In this document: one piece after another, positions 24,853 to 41,287 of the stretch
Layout of the letters: every line of letters starts with the position of its first letter
Numbering within the stretch: the stretch's first letter is position 1
Assembly (NCBI GenBank): GCA_964016885.1
Contig: OZ024742.1
Span: 221,898,001-221,962,000, forward strand
Origin: Eledone cirrhosa
Lineage: Eukaryota
Direction of reading: 5' to 3'
Length of the DNA stretch: 64,000 nucleotides
Made by a program: the position numbers and the translations under genes
The notes under the pieces: model-generated
What the model saw: the letters and a program-made list of their open reading frames with translations, nothing else
Databases searched by the model: none
Told to the model about the DNA's origin: nothing

Positions 24853-27800
24853 GAAACATCCCGAAAACAGAGGCTATATTGACAGTAACAAACTAGCCAA
24901 TATACGAAGAAATATTGTAAGAAAAAAGTTACTAACTGATATAGAAATTGATCAGATCAAGCTAGTAGCACAAAGTCAGCGAAGGGAAAATGAAGCATGT
25001 GTCAGTGAAAACGAGGTAAACTGTAACACTTCGAATCCCAGAGTTGGGGCGGAATCACTGGCAACAGAACAAATTAAAGAAAGGAGCGAAAAAGTGGAGG
25101 GAGTGCATGCTCAGGATGAAACTCCAAATGAAAATAATGAGATCGTAAATGATAAAGAAATGAATGAGAATGAACTTGCCAACTTGAAGGATGAAATTAT
25201 GATCGAATGGATGAAAATGAAAGAATCTGACATGGGGGAACGAGACACCCTCCCTAAGATCCAGAACTCCAAACAGAACCAAAAGATAATACACAAGACT
25301 AACATAATTCTCAAAAACATTATCATCACAAACAAACTAAGCATTACTGACTTAAATCATCTCTATTATGCATCGGCTAAAGTCACCACTCACTTATGTG
25401 GAGTGAAGATGAAAAAACAAAGGAATTCCCACAAGAAATCTACTTGGCAAGATAACATCAATCGCCAAATAAACCTTCTCCGATCTGACATAGAAATTTT
25501 AACAAACTATAAAGTAGGTGAACATGTTAAACAAACTAAACTTAGAAAATTGAAAAAAAAGTACAGTATAAGATCAACATGTGACATAGACATGCTGATA
25601 GAAACAATCAAGCAAAAAGTGTCGGCCAAAGCTGCTCGTATAAGGCGCTTTGAAAAACGATCTAGATTCTATAAGGACAATAATATGTTCAAAAACAACC
25701 AAAGAAACTTCTACAGAAAAATTGGTAAGTCAACAATAACTGCTAAATCAATACCACCCAAGGAGGAAGTGCAAGAATTCTGGGAAAAGATCTGGGCCGA
25801 AGAAAAAGTTCATAACATACATGCCCCATGGATAGACAGACAAATGAAAGAAACAGCTCACCTTGAAGAACAAACATGGGAAAATATAACAGTTGAATAG
25901 CTGCGCTTGGCTCTAAGAAAAACCAGCAAATGGAAATCCCCAGGAAAAGACAAAATACAAAACTTTTGGATAAATGCCTTCACAGAGTCTCATGAGCTGT
26001 TAGCCCAACTTTACAATGAAATAGTTAAGGAGCCAGAAAAGATACCATCATGGCTAGTTAACGGCATTACATTCCTGCTACCGAAGAATGATGAGACAAA
26101 CAATCCCAAAAATTACAGACCGATAACCTGCTTGACCACAATGTATAAAATTTTAACATCAGTCCTAACTGAATACACATATGACCACCTGATAACAAAT
26201 GACCTATTTCCCATTGAGCAGAAAGGGTGTAAACGAGGCTCATATGGCTGTAAGGATCAGCTTCTGGTTAACAAAATGATACTGGAAGATTGTCATAATA
26301 GACACAAAAATCTATCGATTGCTTGGATAGATTATAAAAAAGCATTTGATAGTTTGCCACACAGTTGGATTGAAAAATGTTTAGAGATTTTCAAAATATC
26401 CCCCGTTATCAGGAGGTTTTTGTCATTCAGTATGAGGACATGGAGAACGACACTCCTTTTGAATAGTGAAACAAAATCACTGGAAGCTGGAGAAGTTAAC
26501 ATTAATTGTGGAATTTTTCAGGGTGACTCTTTATCACCGCTTTTATTCTGCATCGCACTTATACCATTAAGTAAAATGCTCAATGAAACAAAACATGGAT
26601 ATAGAGTCTATGACAAAACCATTAATCACCTGTTCTACATGGATGACCTGAAACTATTTGCAAAAAATGATGAACAATTGCAAGGGCTATTATCCACTGT
26701 GAAGCAGTTCAGTGATGACATTAAAATGGAGTTTGGACTGGATAAATGCGCCAAAGCAACGTTCACCAGAGGAAAGCTGCTGAAGAGTTCAGACATTAAT
26801 CTTGATCGGGGGAACGTGATAAGAGAGCTTGATCAAGAACAAACTTACAAATATCTAGGTGTTTGTGAAGGAGACGGAATCAAGCACTCGACAATGAGGG
26901 AAAGGATAAGGAAGGAATGTTACCGCAGAGTCAGAGCAATCTTAAGAACGGAATTGAATGCAAGGAATAGGATCGATGCCATAAACACGCTTGCCATACC
27001 AGTAGTAACCTACAGTTACAATGTCATCAACTGGTCAAGCACAGAGATCCGTAGGCTTGATACAAAAATCCGAAAATTCTTAACCATGCACAGAATGCAT
27101 CACCCTAAGGCAGACATAGATAGAATATATCTCCCTAGGAAAGAAGGAGGACGTGGGTTAATCCAGTTAGACATTGCGTTGAAAACTGCAACAATTGGAT
27201 TATCCACATATCTAAGGGAATCACATGATTGGATGATCAAACTCGTTTTGAAACACGAAAGCACCAAAAGATCATATTCCATTACAAAAGATGCACAAAG
27301 ATACAGTAATGGACTACAAATTTCAGAAGTCCCATTTACTGCTGAAATGGAAAACACAGAAAAAGCAAAGCAGGTAAAAGTAACTGCAAAGAAAGAACTG
27401 CTACAGAAACTGGCTAAGAAATGGCAAGAAAAGCCTCTGTATGGAAAATACCCAGAGCGAGCTAACAATCCTGATGTTGACAAAACTTTAACCCATCAGT
27501 GGTTGGCATCCTCTGGACTGAAATCGGAGACTGAAGGACTGATTATATCCGCACAAGATCAGTGTCTGCCAACAAAAAATTACCAAGCCAACATAATAAA
27601 AAATGGGTGCAGCCCATTATGCCGTGTATGCAAAAAACAACCAGAGACCATTGACCATATAATTTCAATGTGCAGTCCTATAGCTCCAACCGAATACCTA
27701 AACAGGCATGACAGAGCTGCACAATACATACATTGGATAATGTGCAAGCATTTTGACCTGCCCCATCAAAAGAATTGGTGGGAGCATCAACCACCTCCCA

Positions 27801-28328
27801 TACTTGAAAAAGATCACATCTCAATCTTGTGGAACTTTAGCATCCAAACAGACCGAAAAATAGATGCAAATAGACCTGATATAATATTGAAGGACTTTCA
27901 AAGGAGGGTATGCCTGCTAATTGATATGTCTGTTCCAATAGACAAGAATGTATCTATAAAAACATTTGAAAAATTGAGCAAGTATAAGGACCTGGAGATA
28001 GAAATTGGAAAAATGTGGAAATTGAGAACTAAAACAATACCAGTGGTTGTAGGCGCTCTGGGAATGATACCTAAGGGGTCTAACGACTACTTATCGCAAA
28101 TCCCAGGAAACCCGCGTATAGGAGAAATACAAAAGATAGTACTAATGGGAACTGCCCATATACTAAGGAAGATCCTGTCAATATAAGTACATCACAAGTC
28201 TAAACACTAAGGATGCATGTGTGAATATGTGTGTTCTTTCTTGAACATGGCGGACCTTGTTGTCTCTTGAGGTCAGTGGTTGTGACTTGGTGATAACTCG
28301 TATAAACATAAAGCAAGATAAATGCAAA
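24851..28328 (+). mobile_element. Dong/R4-like RT-RLE LINE family B, slightly 5'-truncated, one in-frame stop
   Basis: One frame 24851-28186 broken only by TAG 25898-25900; RT (QGDSLSP, YMDD), CRVCKKQPETIDHIISMC, RHD, RPDII..LIDMSVP..KLSKY. (AAT)n tail to 28353. Confidence 0.96.
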
Positions 28329-28627
28329 TAATAATAATAATAATAATAATAATGTGATTTAGTCGATCATATCAACTCCAGTATTTATTATTATTATTTG
28401 AAACTTCCTTTGAATTCTGCTTCTTTCCCAAATCCTGTCGAGTGTCAAACTGAAACATGAGGTAAAATTTAATTGTACACACTGAACCCCAAATAAAAGG
28501 GTTGCGAAGCGAATTCCTTAATCGCACAATCAAACCCACCGATATAGATATATATTATATAAATTCTTTAAAACTATTTTATTATATTAAAAAACGTTGT
28601 TTGCTAGCCATTATTAGAAGAGAGTTT

Positions 28628-28845
28628 AGGGGGGTGGATTGGCAGTATCAGTAGAGCGTCGGACAATATGCTTTATGGCATAGAGTTACGCCCCTTTACG
28701 ATCTGAGATCAAATTCCGCCGAGGTTAGATTTGCCTTTCATCCTTACGGAGTCGATAAAATAAAGCACCAGTAATGTAATGGAGTCGATTCAATCGACCT
28801 CCCCCTCCCTCCAAAATTGCTGGCCTTGTGCCTATAATAGAAAGA
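28628..28845 (+). mobile_element. tRNA-derived SINE with 18-bp TSD
   Basis: TSD ATTATTAGAAGAGAGTTT at 28610-28627 and 28846-28863. Confidence 0.93.
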
Positions 28846-29239
28846 ATTATTAGAAGAGAGTTTCAATGGTTAACTAATATTCTCTACTTAGATGTCGGTA
28901 GGACTTTCTGTTTGAAAGCTATATAAATCGCATTCATCTCCTTATATGGTTAAACCAGAGCCGGCACCCTGGAACTTATATTTCTCCCAGGTATGCGCTC
29001 CATTCTTCCGAATAAAATAATTTCGACTTGCAATTTGGCAAGCTGACAAATCTAGTTTTTGATACTTCTTGCTCTGACCACACTTAAACATTATTAAACT
29101 TGCATTTTCCGCTCCATTGTCTCTACTCACCTATGCCAACTCATGTGACAGGTTATAAAACCACACGGCTCTATACACCACTTCGGTGGTAAAGATATTT
29201 AGTTATTTATTGATCGAAGGAAATTAATCAATATTTAAA

Positions 29240-29315
29240 CCTTACGGGGTCGATAAAATAAAGTACCAGTAATGAACTGGGTAATTGCTGGCCTTGTGCC
29301 TAAGGTAGAAACAAA
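29240..29315 (+). mobile_element. 5'-truncated SINE
   Basis: SINE 3' half; AATATTTAAA on both sides. Confidence 0.85.
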
Positions 29316-29628
29316 TATTTAAATTAATTACACAAATTTTTATAAAACTGTGTTCCTTTGATGTCAGTAATACGTTACTCCGAGATCAGCGCCCTAGATG
29401 GCTGCCTAGTTAACCTTAATGGTAGCATCGGATCTGATTGTATCGTTTCTTTGAGAAACACTATTTTATTTTATTGCAAAATATTGTTTGATAACCAGAA
29501 TTTCAATGGTTAACTTTAATATCATCTCTTTTGACATCACTTGGTTTGTCTTTTTGAAAGCTATATAAATTACACCCATCTCTTTATATGGTATATTGTA
29601 TTTGTGTGTTTTCGTTGATATTTATTTT

Positions 29629-30210
29629 AGGCGTGTGGCTGTTTGGTTAGAGAATTGGATTCACAATCGTGAGGTTGTGAGTTCGATTCCTGGGCCGGGC
29701 AATGCGTTATGTCCTTGAGCAAGACACTTTGTTTCACGTTGCTCCTTCTGCCTGGAGTTGCGACCGATAGATAATATTAGTAATTGGAAAGGCCAACAGG
29801 GATTGTTTCCTCGGTCCGATTCGACGAATGTTTTTCTTTTTTTTCTTTTATGTATTTCTTTTTTTTTCTTTTGTATAATCATTTCATTGTGAAGGCTAAG
29901 CGGTTTGGATATTCAAGTCTCGTTCGTAAGGTCGTGATTTCAATATCCGGCCACGCGTTGCGTCCTTAAAAAAGACACTTTATTTCACATTGCCCCTGTT
30001 TACTCAACTAAGAGAAATGAGATGTACCTGCTAGCTATTCAAAGGGCCAGCTTTATCATACACTGTCTCACGCTGAATCGGCCTCAGAATTACATTACGA
30101 GTTCATGTGTCTGTCGAATGCTCAGCCACTTGAACATTAATTAATTTCACATGCTGACAGCTCCGTTAATCAAACGACTGGAACACTCATCGTTGGAACC
30201 GACGAAGGTC
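29629..30210 (+). mobile_element. Two degenerate tRNA-SINEs of a second family (~29629-29760, ~29890-30210)
   Basis: B box GAGTTCGATTCC followed by GTCCTTGAGCAAGACACTTT.TTTCAC. Confidence 0.7.
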
Positions 30211-31290
30211 CAACACAGATTACATAATATCTTTGACAGGCACTATTTTATTATATTACAAAATTCGTTTGATAAGCAGAATTTCAATGATTAACTTTAA
30301 TATTCTTTGATGTTGCTAGATTTTCTATTTGAAAGCTATATAAATCACTTCATATCCTTATATGGTTTTTTTTTTTTTAGAGTCTTGTTGACATTTATTT
30401 TATTTTCTGTGTTTTAGTTTTATTGAAACACTTCATATGATTATTTTCTATTTAGAAATCAATGTTTACTAACTTTTTCTCTAGATACACAACATTACAG
30501 GCAGTATTTTAGAGTTCACTCATATCATTGTTTAAATATCTCCATCTCCATTTGACGTATTAAAACATATTCATATCAGTGACCAGATATTTACACAGAA
30601 TCACAAAGTAAATTTGTTCTGCTAATCGATCGAAATCTTGCAAATTTTTTTCAGAATTTTTTGAAATTCTGGTATTTTATCTTGGATTACATAATTACGT
30701 AATTCATCGTACACAACAACAACAACAACTACTACTACTACAGCAAAAATGATAATAATAACTATAATAATAGTAATAAACAAAGAAGCCAGAAGCTAGG
30801 CATATTCATGTCAAAACATTAGAATTATCAATAATAACACAAATGAAATCTATTGATACACGATGTATAAATCCTGAAACACAAACAATCCAGTTTCCTG
30901 AAGACGAAATGGCAGATAATTACTGAAGATAGAAAAGCTGTACTAGAAGGATATCCGGTGTTGCCCGGGAAATAAAGCTCGAACTTGAGGTGGACTAGAT
31001 ATTTCAGCACATCTACCCCACTTTCCCCCAGATTAATACTTTCACCATTCTCTCCCCCATATATAGAAAATAACTGATTCGTTAGAGCGCCGGACAAAAT
31101 GCTTTGCAGTATTTGTTCCGACATGTTATGCTTTGAGTTTAAATCTCGCTGAGGTCAAATTTGCCTTTCATCTTTCTGGGATCAATCGAATAAAGTATCG
31201 GTCAAATAGAGGGTCGATACAATCGATATTTCTCTCTTTCTAGATTCCTGATATTCTGTCTAAATTAAAAACCATCGATACTAAAATCGA

Positions 31291-31331
<41 letters not shown>

Positions 31332-31498
31332 CCCTATATGCCGGCGTACGAGTAAACATCTGGAGCCTAGAAATATCTCTCCAAAAGCAGGGGTCAACTT
31401 GTCCACCGAATATAAAATGTGGAAGTATACGTGCTACTTCACCTGAACTACACATCAGAATTTTAGGAGTCAACCTATGCATCGGATCGACTTGTACG

Positions 31499-31505
<7 letters not shown>
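31332..31505. mobile_element. Degenerate Tc2/pogo-like MITE within (TA)n
   Basis: Ends CCCTATATGCCGGCGTACGAGT / ACTTGTACGCTGATATATA are imperfect inverted repeats. Confidence 0.5.
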
Positions 31506-31567
<62 letters not shown>

Positions 31568-31616
31568 AAACATATGCATAGCCGATCACTCGGACCTTTA
31601 CGAAACGCTAAGGGGA

Positions 31617-31840
31617 TATATTTAATATAAAGAATGGTGTACTGTGCATGGACATGCTATAAAATAGCTTATAAAATAAGGCGAAGGCCCTTAAAGTCAG
31701 AGAAGGAAGTTGACATCGGCTGCTACGTAGCGGCCGATCGCAACTTCTTTACCCATTTTTAAGAATCTTCACTGTATTTCATAAGCTATTTTATAGCATC
31801 CCTGCGTATGACCACATCCCTCTTTTTATTAAATTTATAC
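31617..31840. repeat. Imperfect fold-back palindrome (MITE-like)
   Basis: Centre GCTACGTAGC; arms include ATGCTATAAAATAGCTTAT / ATAAGCTATTTTATAGCAT. Confidence 0.85.
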
Positions 31841-32708
31841 GGGGTTGTACACTTGAGAATGCTCACTTAGAGTATTAAAGAGAAAATATGCCACCACCAC
31901 CACCACCACCAACAACAACAATGATAAGAAAGCCTTATCAATTAAAAACAAAAAACGTGCGGTAGACAAGTGCCTATTTGAAGGCCAGTGATAGGGTTAG
32001 GTTGCTAGGAATTGGAAGAGATCGATTAACTGAACTGTAATGCCGGGCTACTGATCAAATGAAATTTTCTCAATGACTTCTATCGATTACTTCTTTTTGT
32101 TGTCAAACAAGATCGATGTTAATCAATTTTAATCCGATTTGTTGATCAGACTAGCTTATTCTTCTTGCTGTTCCTCCATACGAAGCTTCTTCTTCTTCTT
32201 CTTCTTCTTCTTCTTCTTCTTCTTCTTCTTCTTCTTCTTCTTCTTCTTCTTCTTCTTCTTCTTCTCCTCCTCCTCCTCCTCTCCTCCTCCCCCTTCTCCT
32301 CCCCTCCTCCTCCTATCTTCTACTGTCTACTGTCTTCTGTTACATTTGGTGTACAGACAATGTTTATGTTTTACCGTTTGTTTCTGTCTTATCTCAGCAG
32401 CATCTACAAATCAATTTAAATAAACCAATATATATATACATATGCATATATATATATATATATATATATAAATACATACATATATATATATAGATACATA
32501 CATACATATATATATAGATACATACATACATATATATATATAGATACATACATATATATATATATATACATACATATATATATATAGATACATACATACA
32601 TATATATATATAGATACATACATACATATATATAGATACATACATACATATATATATAGATACATACATATATATATATAGATACATACATATATATATA
32701 TAGATACA

Positions 32709-32804
<96 letters not shown>

Positions 32805-32883
32805 CATATATATATATATAGATACATATATACATATATATATATACATATGTATACATATATACATATATATATATATACAC

Positions 32884-32914
<31 letters not shown>

Positions 32915-33001
32915 TACACATATATATACATATATATACATACATACATTTATGTATACATATATATATACACACATACACACATATATATATTATACAG
33001 G

Positions 33002-33032
<31 letters not shown>

Positions 33033-33100
33033 ACATACATACATATATATATACACATAATTAGCTTTAACAAATCGTCAGCTCACATTACTAAGGCTGT

Positions 33101-33470
33101 ATGTGTGTATATATGTATGTGTACATGTGTGTATATATGTATGTGTACATGTGTGTATATATGTATGTGTACATGTGTGTATATATGTATGTGTACATGT
33201 GTGTATATATGTATGTGTACATGTGTGTATATATGTATGTGTACATGTGTGTATATATGTATGTGTACATGTGTGTATATATGTATGTGTACATGTGTGT
33301 ATATATGTATGTGTACATGTGTGTATATATGTATGTGTACATGTGTGTATATATGTATGTGTACATGTGTGTATATATGTATGTGTACATGTGTGTATAT
33401 ATGTATGTGTACATGTGTGTATATATGTATGTGTACATGTGTGTATATATGTATGTGTACATGTGTGTAT
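33101..33470. repeat. 24-bp minisatellite, ~15 perfect copies
   Basis: Unit ATGTGTGTATATATGTATGTGTAC. Confidence 0.95.
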
Positions 33471-33574
33471 CAGAAAATGCAGGTTCATCTGTTCCACCGT
33501 TCAGCTCATTGTTTTCATCATCTTTCATAGTCTCTTTTTTTCTGTTTTATTCCTAGATATGCTTATACATATAC

Positions 33575-33605
<31 letters not shown>

Positions 33606-33608
33606 GAC

Positions 33609-33639
<31 letters not shown>

Positions 33640-33759
33640 CACATATACATAAATACATACAGACACACTGACAAACACACACACACATACATATACACTG
33701 TAAATATATATATATATATGTATAAATGTTTATATATATATATATATACATGTATAAAT

Positions 33760-33912
<153 letters not shown>

Positions 33913-34267
33913 CATACATTTATATATATATATATATATATAAATATAAATTCAGCGAGAATCGTATTTCGGTGGGTAGAAATAAGCCAAACGCAATTTC
34001 CGAGTCATGCTGACAAGCGTTCCATGGACCAAAAGAGACCAGATCAATAAACATAGGTTATAAAGGCCATACAAACTGAGACGGCGGATAAGAAGCTATC
34101 AACCACCTAAGCCAAAGAAACGAGACAAGCTAAACGGGTCAAACAAAATATTTCATTATTTTGTTTGACCCGTTTAGCTTGTCTCGTTTAGCTTGTCTCG
34201 TTTTTTTTGGCTTAGGTGGTTGATAGCTTCTTAAACGACTTCTCAGTTTCTATGGCCTTTATAATCC

Positions 34268-34464
34268 GGAGTTGACATTGCACTCAGTGCTCCTTTGGGA
34301 GCCCCTACATGGACACACTAGAAGAGGAAGACCAAGGTTAACATATGTTGATGCCCTAAGGACAGACACTGGTCTGTTGGAGATGCAGGATATGGCAGCG
34401 ATAATGAGGGACAGAGACCGCTGGAGAGAACTCGTCCATGGATCTCGGGAATTTTACCCGCCTT

Positions 34465-34466
<2 letters not shown>
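34268..34466 (+). mobile_element. 3' end of an RTE/RTEX-type LINE with (TA)n tail
   Basis: VLLWEPLHGHTRRGRPRLTYVDALRTDTG...MRDRDRWR. Confidence 0.82.
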
Positions 34467-34510
<44 letters not shown>

Positions 34511-34512
<2 letters not shown>

Positions 34513-35270
34513 TGGCTGCCAACTCGTTTTTGAGTACGGCCACTACTTTATATCGATGTAGGAGAACCCCTACCGATGCGCTGAACGAGTGTGACTTTTT
34601 AGTCCAGCCAGCGACTTGAAAACTCTGGTACAAACACTACACTTGTGACAATTATGGACACATAGTGCTGGGCCCATGGTACCATGTGATGACAAGTGCA
34701 GAGAGATCTCCAGATACAAAGCAATGCCTGTGCCGTGAAGCTAAATACAATCTTTCTACACCCTCTCCCTACCCTCTCTCTCTTTCTCTCTCTCTTTCTG
34801 TGTATATATAAGAGAGAGAGAAAGAGAGAGAGGGTAGGGAGAGGGTGTAGAATGATTAGTTTCTATAAGATTGTATTTAGCAATGCCTGTGCCTTTATAG
34901 TGAGCAAAGGCACTGCACAAAGCCAGTCCCACTCTCTTAACCAAGATGATATTTACCAAAAAGAAGAACAAGTCAACATCATTGGATACCATCAGGGTTG
35001 CAGGTGTTATATCAGAGTTTTCCTTCTCCTAGAATTCTGCCTTGACAAAGGCTAAGGGGTCATCTCTCCCGGTGATTTTGGATGGCCATTGACTCTTAAG
35101 AGCTCCTTTGCCCTTTGACAGGTTTTGTTTTTAGTCCTGCAGGATGTCGAAAGTCACTCTCCTCACCAAGAAACCTTGTAGGGGTTGCCAGTTTAGTCGC
35201 CAACGACCCGACCATGAGATAGGTTGTACTGGGATACATGTTACCAGTAGCACCAACTGGTGACCTGACA
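34511..35270 (-). mobile_element. ~590 bp (TA)n-flanked non-coding repeat resembling an RTE 5' UTR, with a templated insertion (intact copy 46744-47332)
   Basis: Near-identical rc of 46744-47332; CTAGGAGAAGGAAAACTCTGA motif recalled from RTE-type leaders. Confidence 0.75.
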
Positions 35271-35316
35271 TATATATGTATATATATACATACCTGACAT
35301 ATATATATATATGTAC

Positions 35317-35406
<90 letters not shown>

Positions 35407-35457
35407 GTGTATGGAAAAGGTAAACAGAAACAACTATATATATACATATACGTATAC

Positions 35458-35504
<47 letters not shown>

Positions 35505-35589
35505 CATATACATAAATACACACACACACACAGACACACTCACACACTCACACACACACACACACAGACACACTCACACACACACACAC

Positions 35590-35673
<84 letters not shown>

Positions 35674-36283
35674 AGAGAGAGAGAAAGAGAGAGAGGGTAG
35701 GGAGAGGGTGTAGAATGATTAGTTTCTATAAGATTGTATTTAGCTTCTGTTTATTATAAATCTATGTACAATGCATCGTATCACTTTCCTGTATTGATTG
35801 TTTATACAGACACAATGTCTTGCATGTTTAGCAGAGCGGAAATACGCTGAATGGGAGAAATAAAATTGTTTTACTGGTTTCACTCATTAAACTGCGGCCA
35901 TTTTGGTGCAAATCCTTGATTTAGTCTGTCATATGGCCCACATTACTGTTGTATATATATATACAAAACACAGAGTGGCAGTACAAATGGTAGTTTATTA
36001 GGTTCTATATATTATTTTTCAAGTCTGCTACCTATTTTATCGATCACGTTTTTGTCGGACCCATAAAGTACAGGACTTAAAACCCGGACTTAGACACGTA
36101 GATAAACATAGACCCCCCCCCCACACACACGTATATATATATAGGAAAAGAGTCAGGCCTCCGGCGGCTGAGCTCCGGTCGTTTCGACAGCTAGACCCGA
36201 ACTAGTACTCTGGTGCGTTATGGTCCAACTGGTATCTTACCACACATTCTTTGTTTTATATATATATCTATACATAAATATAT

Positions 36284-36896
36284 ACTAGCCGAATTACCTG
36301 CGCCTTCCTGTGTTTCACACATTCTTTTGTTGTAAGAAAATGATGATTGATTTTAAATCAATGATATAATTTATGGAGAAAAACTCCATAACTGCATTTC
36401 AATATTACTCAATGTAAAATGTAATGCATGAAAAATTGGAAAACATTATTTTCTGTAATATATCAAATCAAAATTACATTATTAAATCTTATTCTTATTT
36501 TGTTTCTTGTAAATAATTTTTTTTTAAATATCAATTTAAAACTTTATCATTTCATTTTTGTGTAAAGCATTATTTTATTTTGGCTTCCAAAATTTTCACT
36601 ATAGGAGGTTTAACCACCATTAGGGTGTCTTAATATTATTGAAATTTGCTGAAATTTTGTGAATATGCATCATACCTTGTCATTTACATATGGTTTCAAT
36701 TTCATATAAATCGAAGGGAAAACATTTTCAGCGGGGGTTTGTGACCCCGGGGAACCGTTTGATTAAAATGAAATATACTTACCCAAGTACCCTGGGCAAT
36801 GTAGTTTCAGAATATATATGGTTATGGGGGTCTATCTCCAAAACCATAGGAGGAGTTCGTGAACAAACAAACAAAGAAACAGACAGGAACTACAAC

Positions 36897-36900
<4 letters not shown>
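36284..36900 (+). mobile_element. Helentron/HINE-like non-autonomous element
   Basis: Starts ACTAGCCGAATTACCTGCGCCTTC; ends with a hairpin, (ACAA)n/ACAGACAG and a TA run. Its 3' end is copied inverted at 37238-37312. Confidence 0.55.
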
Positions 36901-36937
<37 letters not shown>

Positions 36938-37160
36938 CGCCGGATTTCCCATTGTGCTTAGGCGTGCTTAAGCATAGGGCCCCGTTTGCAAGGGGGGAGC
37001 CCATTTTCCTGATAAAAACTTTTTACGATACACTATCTTGTAGTATGGTGTAGTTCAAAACAAAGAAGAGACATAATAAAAATCGGAAATTTATAATAAA
37101 TTGAAGTGAAAAGCAACATGTGCGTGTGTTTTTATTGGCAGCATGACCCTGTCAAAGTAT

Positions 37161-37241
<81 letters not shown>

Positions 37242-37310
37242 GTTGTAGTTCCTGTCTGTTTCTTTGTTTGTTTGTTCACGAACTCCTCCTATGGTTTTGG
37301 AGATAGACCC

Positions 37311-37464
<154 letters not shown>

Positions 37465-37612
37465 AGGAGTTGGCGGAGCCAACATATTTATCAATGCCAG
37501 GACCGGTTGTATCTCAGCGTACTCCATGGGCAATGTAAGATAACATTCTCAGAGTATGCACATAGCTATTCACTTCAATACAACACACGAAAAACGGGTG
37601 CGTATAATAGTT

Positions 37613-37722
37613 CCCGGACTCGAGTTTCGGCCGCACTAATGCAGCAGTAAGGTGCACTGCACCATCCGTCTGCATATATCATGCAACAATGCACAATCGG
37701 CTTATGCGGCTTCATCAGCTGG
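37613..37722 (-). ncRNA. Type I hammerhead ribozyme, near-canonical, long stem II insert
   Basis: Minus: CCAG-CUGAUGA-A-GCCGCA...UGCGGC-C-GAA-ACUCGAGU-C-CGGG. Palindromic stem III, GUC triplet; one mismatch at the base of stem II and one in stem I. Confidence 0.75.
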
Positions 37723-38131
37723 TATCGCCTAATCAATAACCAATCGATCGACAGAATCCAAACACCAGCCCATGCCGGTCATGACTGTTTGTGACAACCG
37801 ACAGGGTAAAGTGATTAGCAACTGGCACCCGATACGACTCTATCTCTCGACTAGCCACCGATTTACAAATTTTACGTGGTGGCGGGAGACTAGAAAACCA
37901 ATCTTTTCGTTCCCGTCAAAAGCCCTCAGCCAACGTATCTCACACACAAATTATCAAGAGGTGAAAAGATGGCTATTAGAAATAGCAGTCCACATGGATG
38001 TGTAATAGAATGGTAGCATTCGGCTCATGTCTCCAAGTCCCATGGCTAGAGGAAAGCGATAGTAACAATGGTAGTGCCAAGAACCTTTAACGGACTTTAA
38101 ATGTGATTATCTATTATATATATATATAAAT

Positions 38132-39528
<1,397 letters not shown>

Positions 39529-40030
39529 ATGAGAAGAATGAATACTGCGTGGTTGCACATGGGTTACATATGATAAAAATAGTCCTTCATCAGTGATTTT
39601 CCAACCTTCATTGGTATTTCATCACTTTAAAAATCATATACCTCCAGTTGGTGCGAGCAATAGCTCAATAAAGCTATTGGGACAAGTAAATCGCGTAAAG
39701 CGAGCGAGACAAGTAAACAAACAGAGAAGGATAGCAACGCAAAGATAGGAAAAAACAAGCACATGGGAGTCCGATCAGCTTAAGCTGTGTGGATTTCATG
39801 AGCGAGAGACAACAGACCGTGCGACGCGAGTGAGGTGTGAGCAAGAAAGGACCCCACTTCAGGCCAAACGGGAGGAAGTGAGAAGGGGAGAAGCAGAGAG
39901 TGAGTGAGTGGAAGTGCGAGGAAGAGGCCAGTCGAGAGAAAGTGTAACTGACAGAGGGGGGGGGGGGGGCGAAAGAAGGTGAGAGAAACAGAGAGCGGGG
40001 GGAAGCAGTAAGAGAGAAACAGACAAACGC

Positions 40031-40838
<808 letters not shown>

Positions 40839-41204
40839 ATAGCACCACTGCTATATATATATATAATAGCACCACTGACGATGTTGCAGATGTGCAACGA
40901 AAGAACTTTGTTAGACTATATATATGTGTTTGTGTGTATATTATATCTGTATTTTTGACCGTTGGTCAGTCAATGGTAACATTGAGGACCGAATAAATTA
41001 AATTAACCGATATAAAAGACACAGAAGCGAAAACCAACTAAACAGTGAGTGTGTTCTGTTATTAATTCTGGCAATATTATTACACAAATATGACCCTCCG
41101 CAAGTATAATATATATATATATATTATATAACTAAAAAGCTCTGTAGCCTACATAAAGCACTCTCTTTTCCTATACCTTTCCTACGGAAATACTTCATTC
41201 AATT

Positions 41205-41287
<83 letters not shown>

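Noticed and set aside
25898-25900. Programmed stop-codon readthrough in Dong B
   Set aside because: The homologous position in family A is a sense codon (ITVETLK); a point mutation is simpler.
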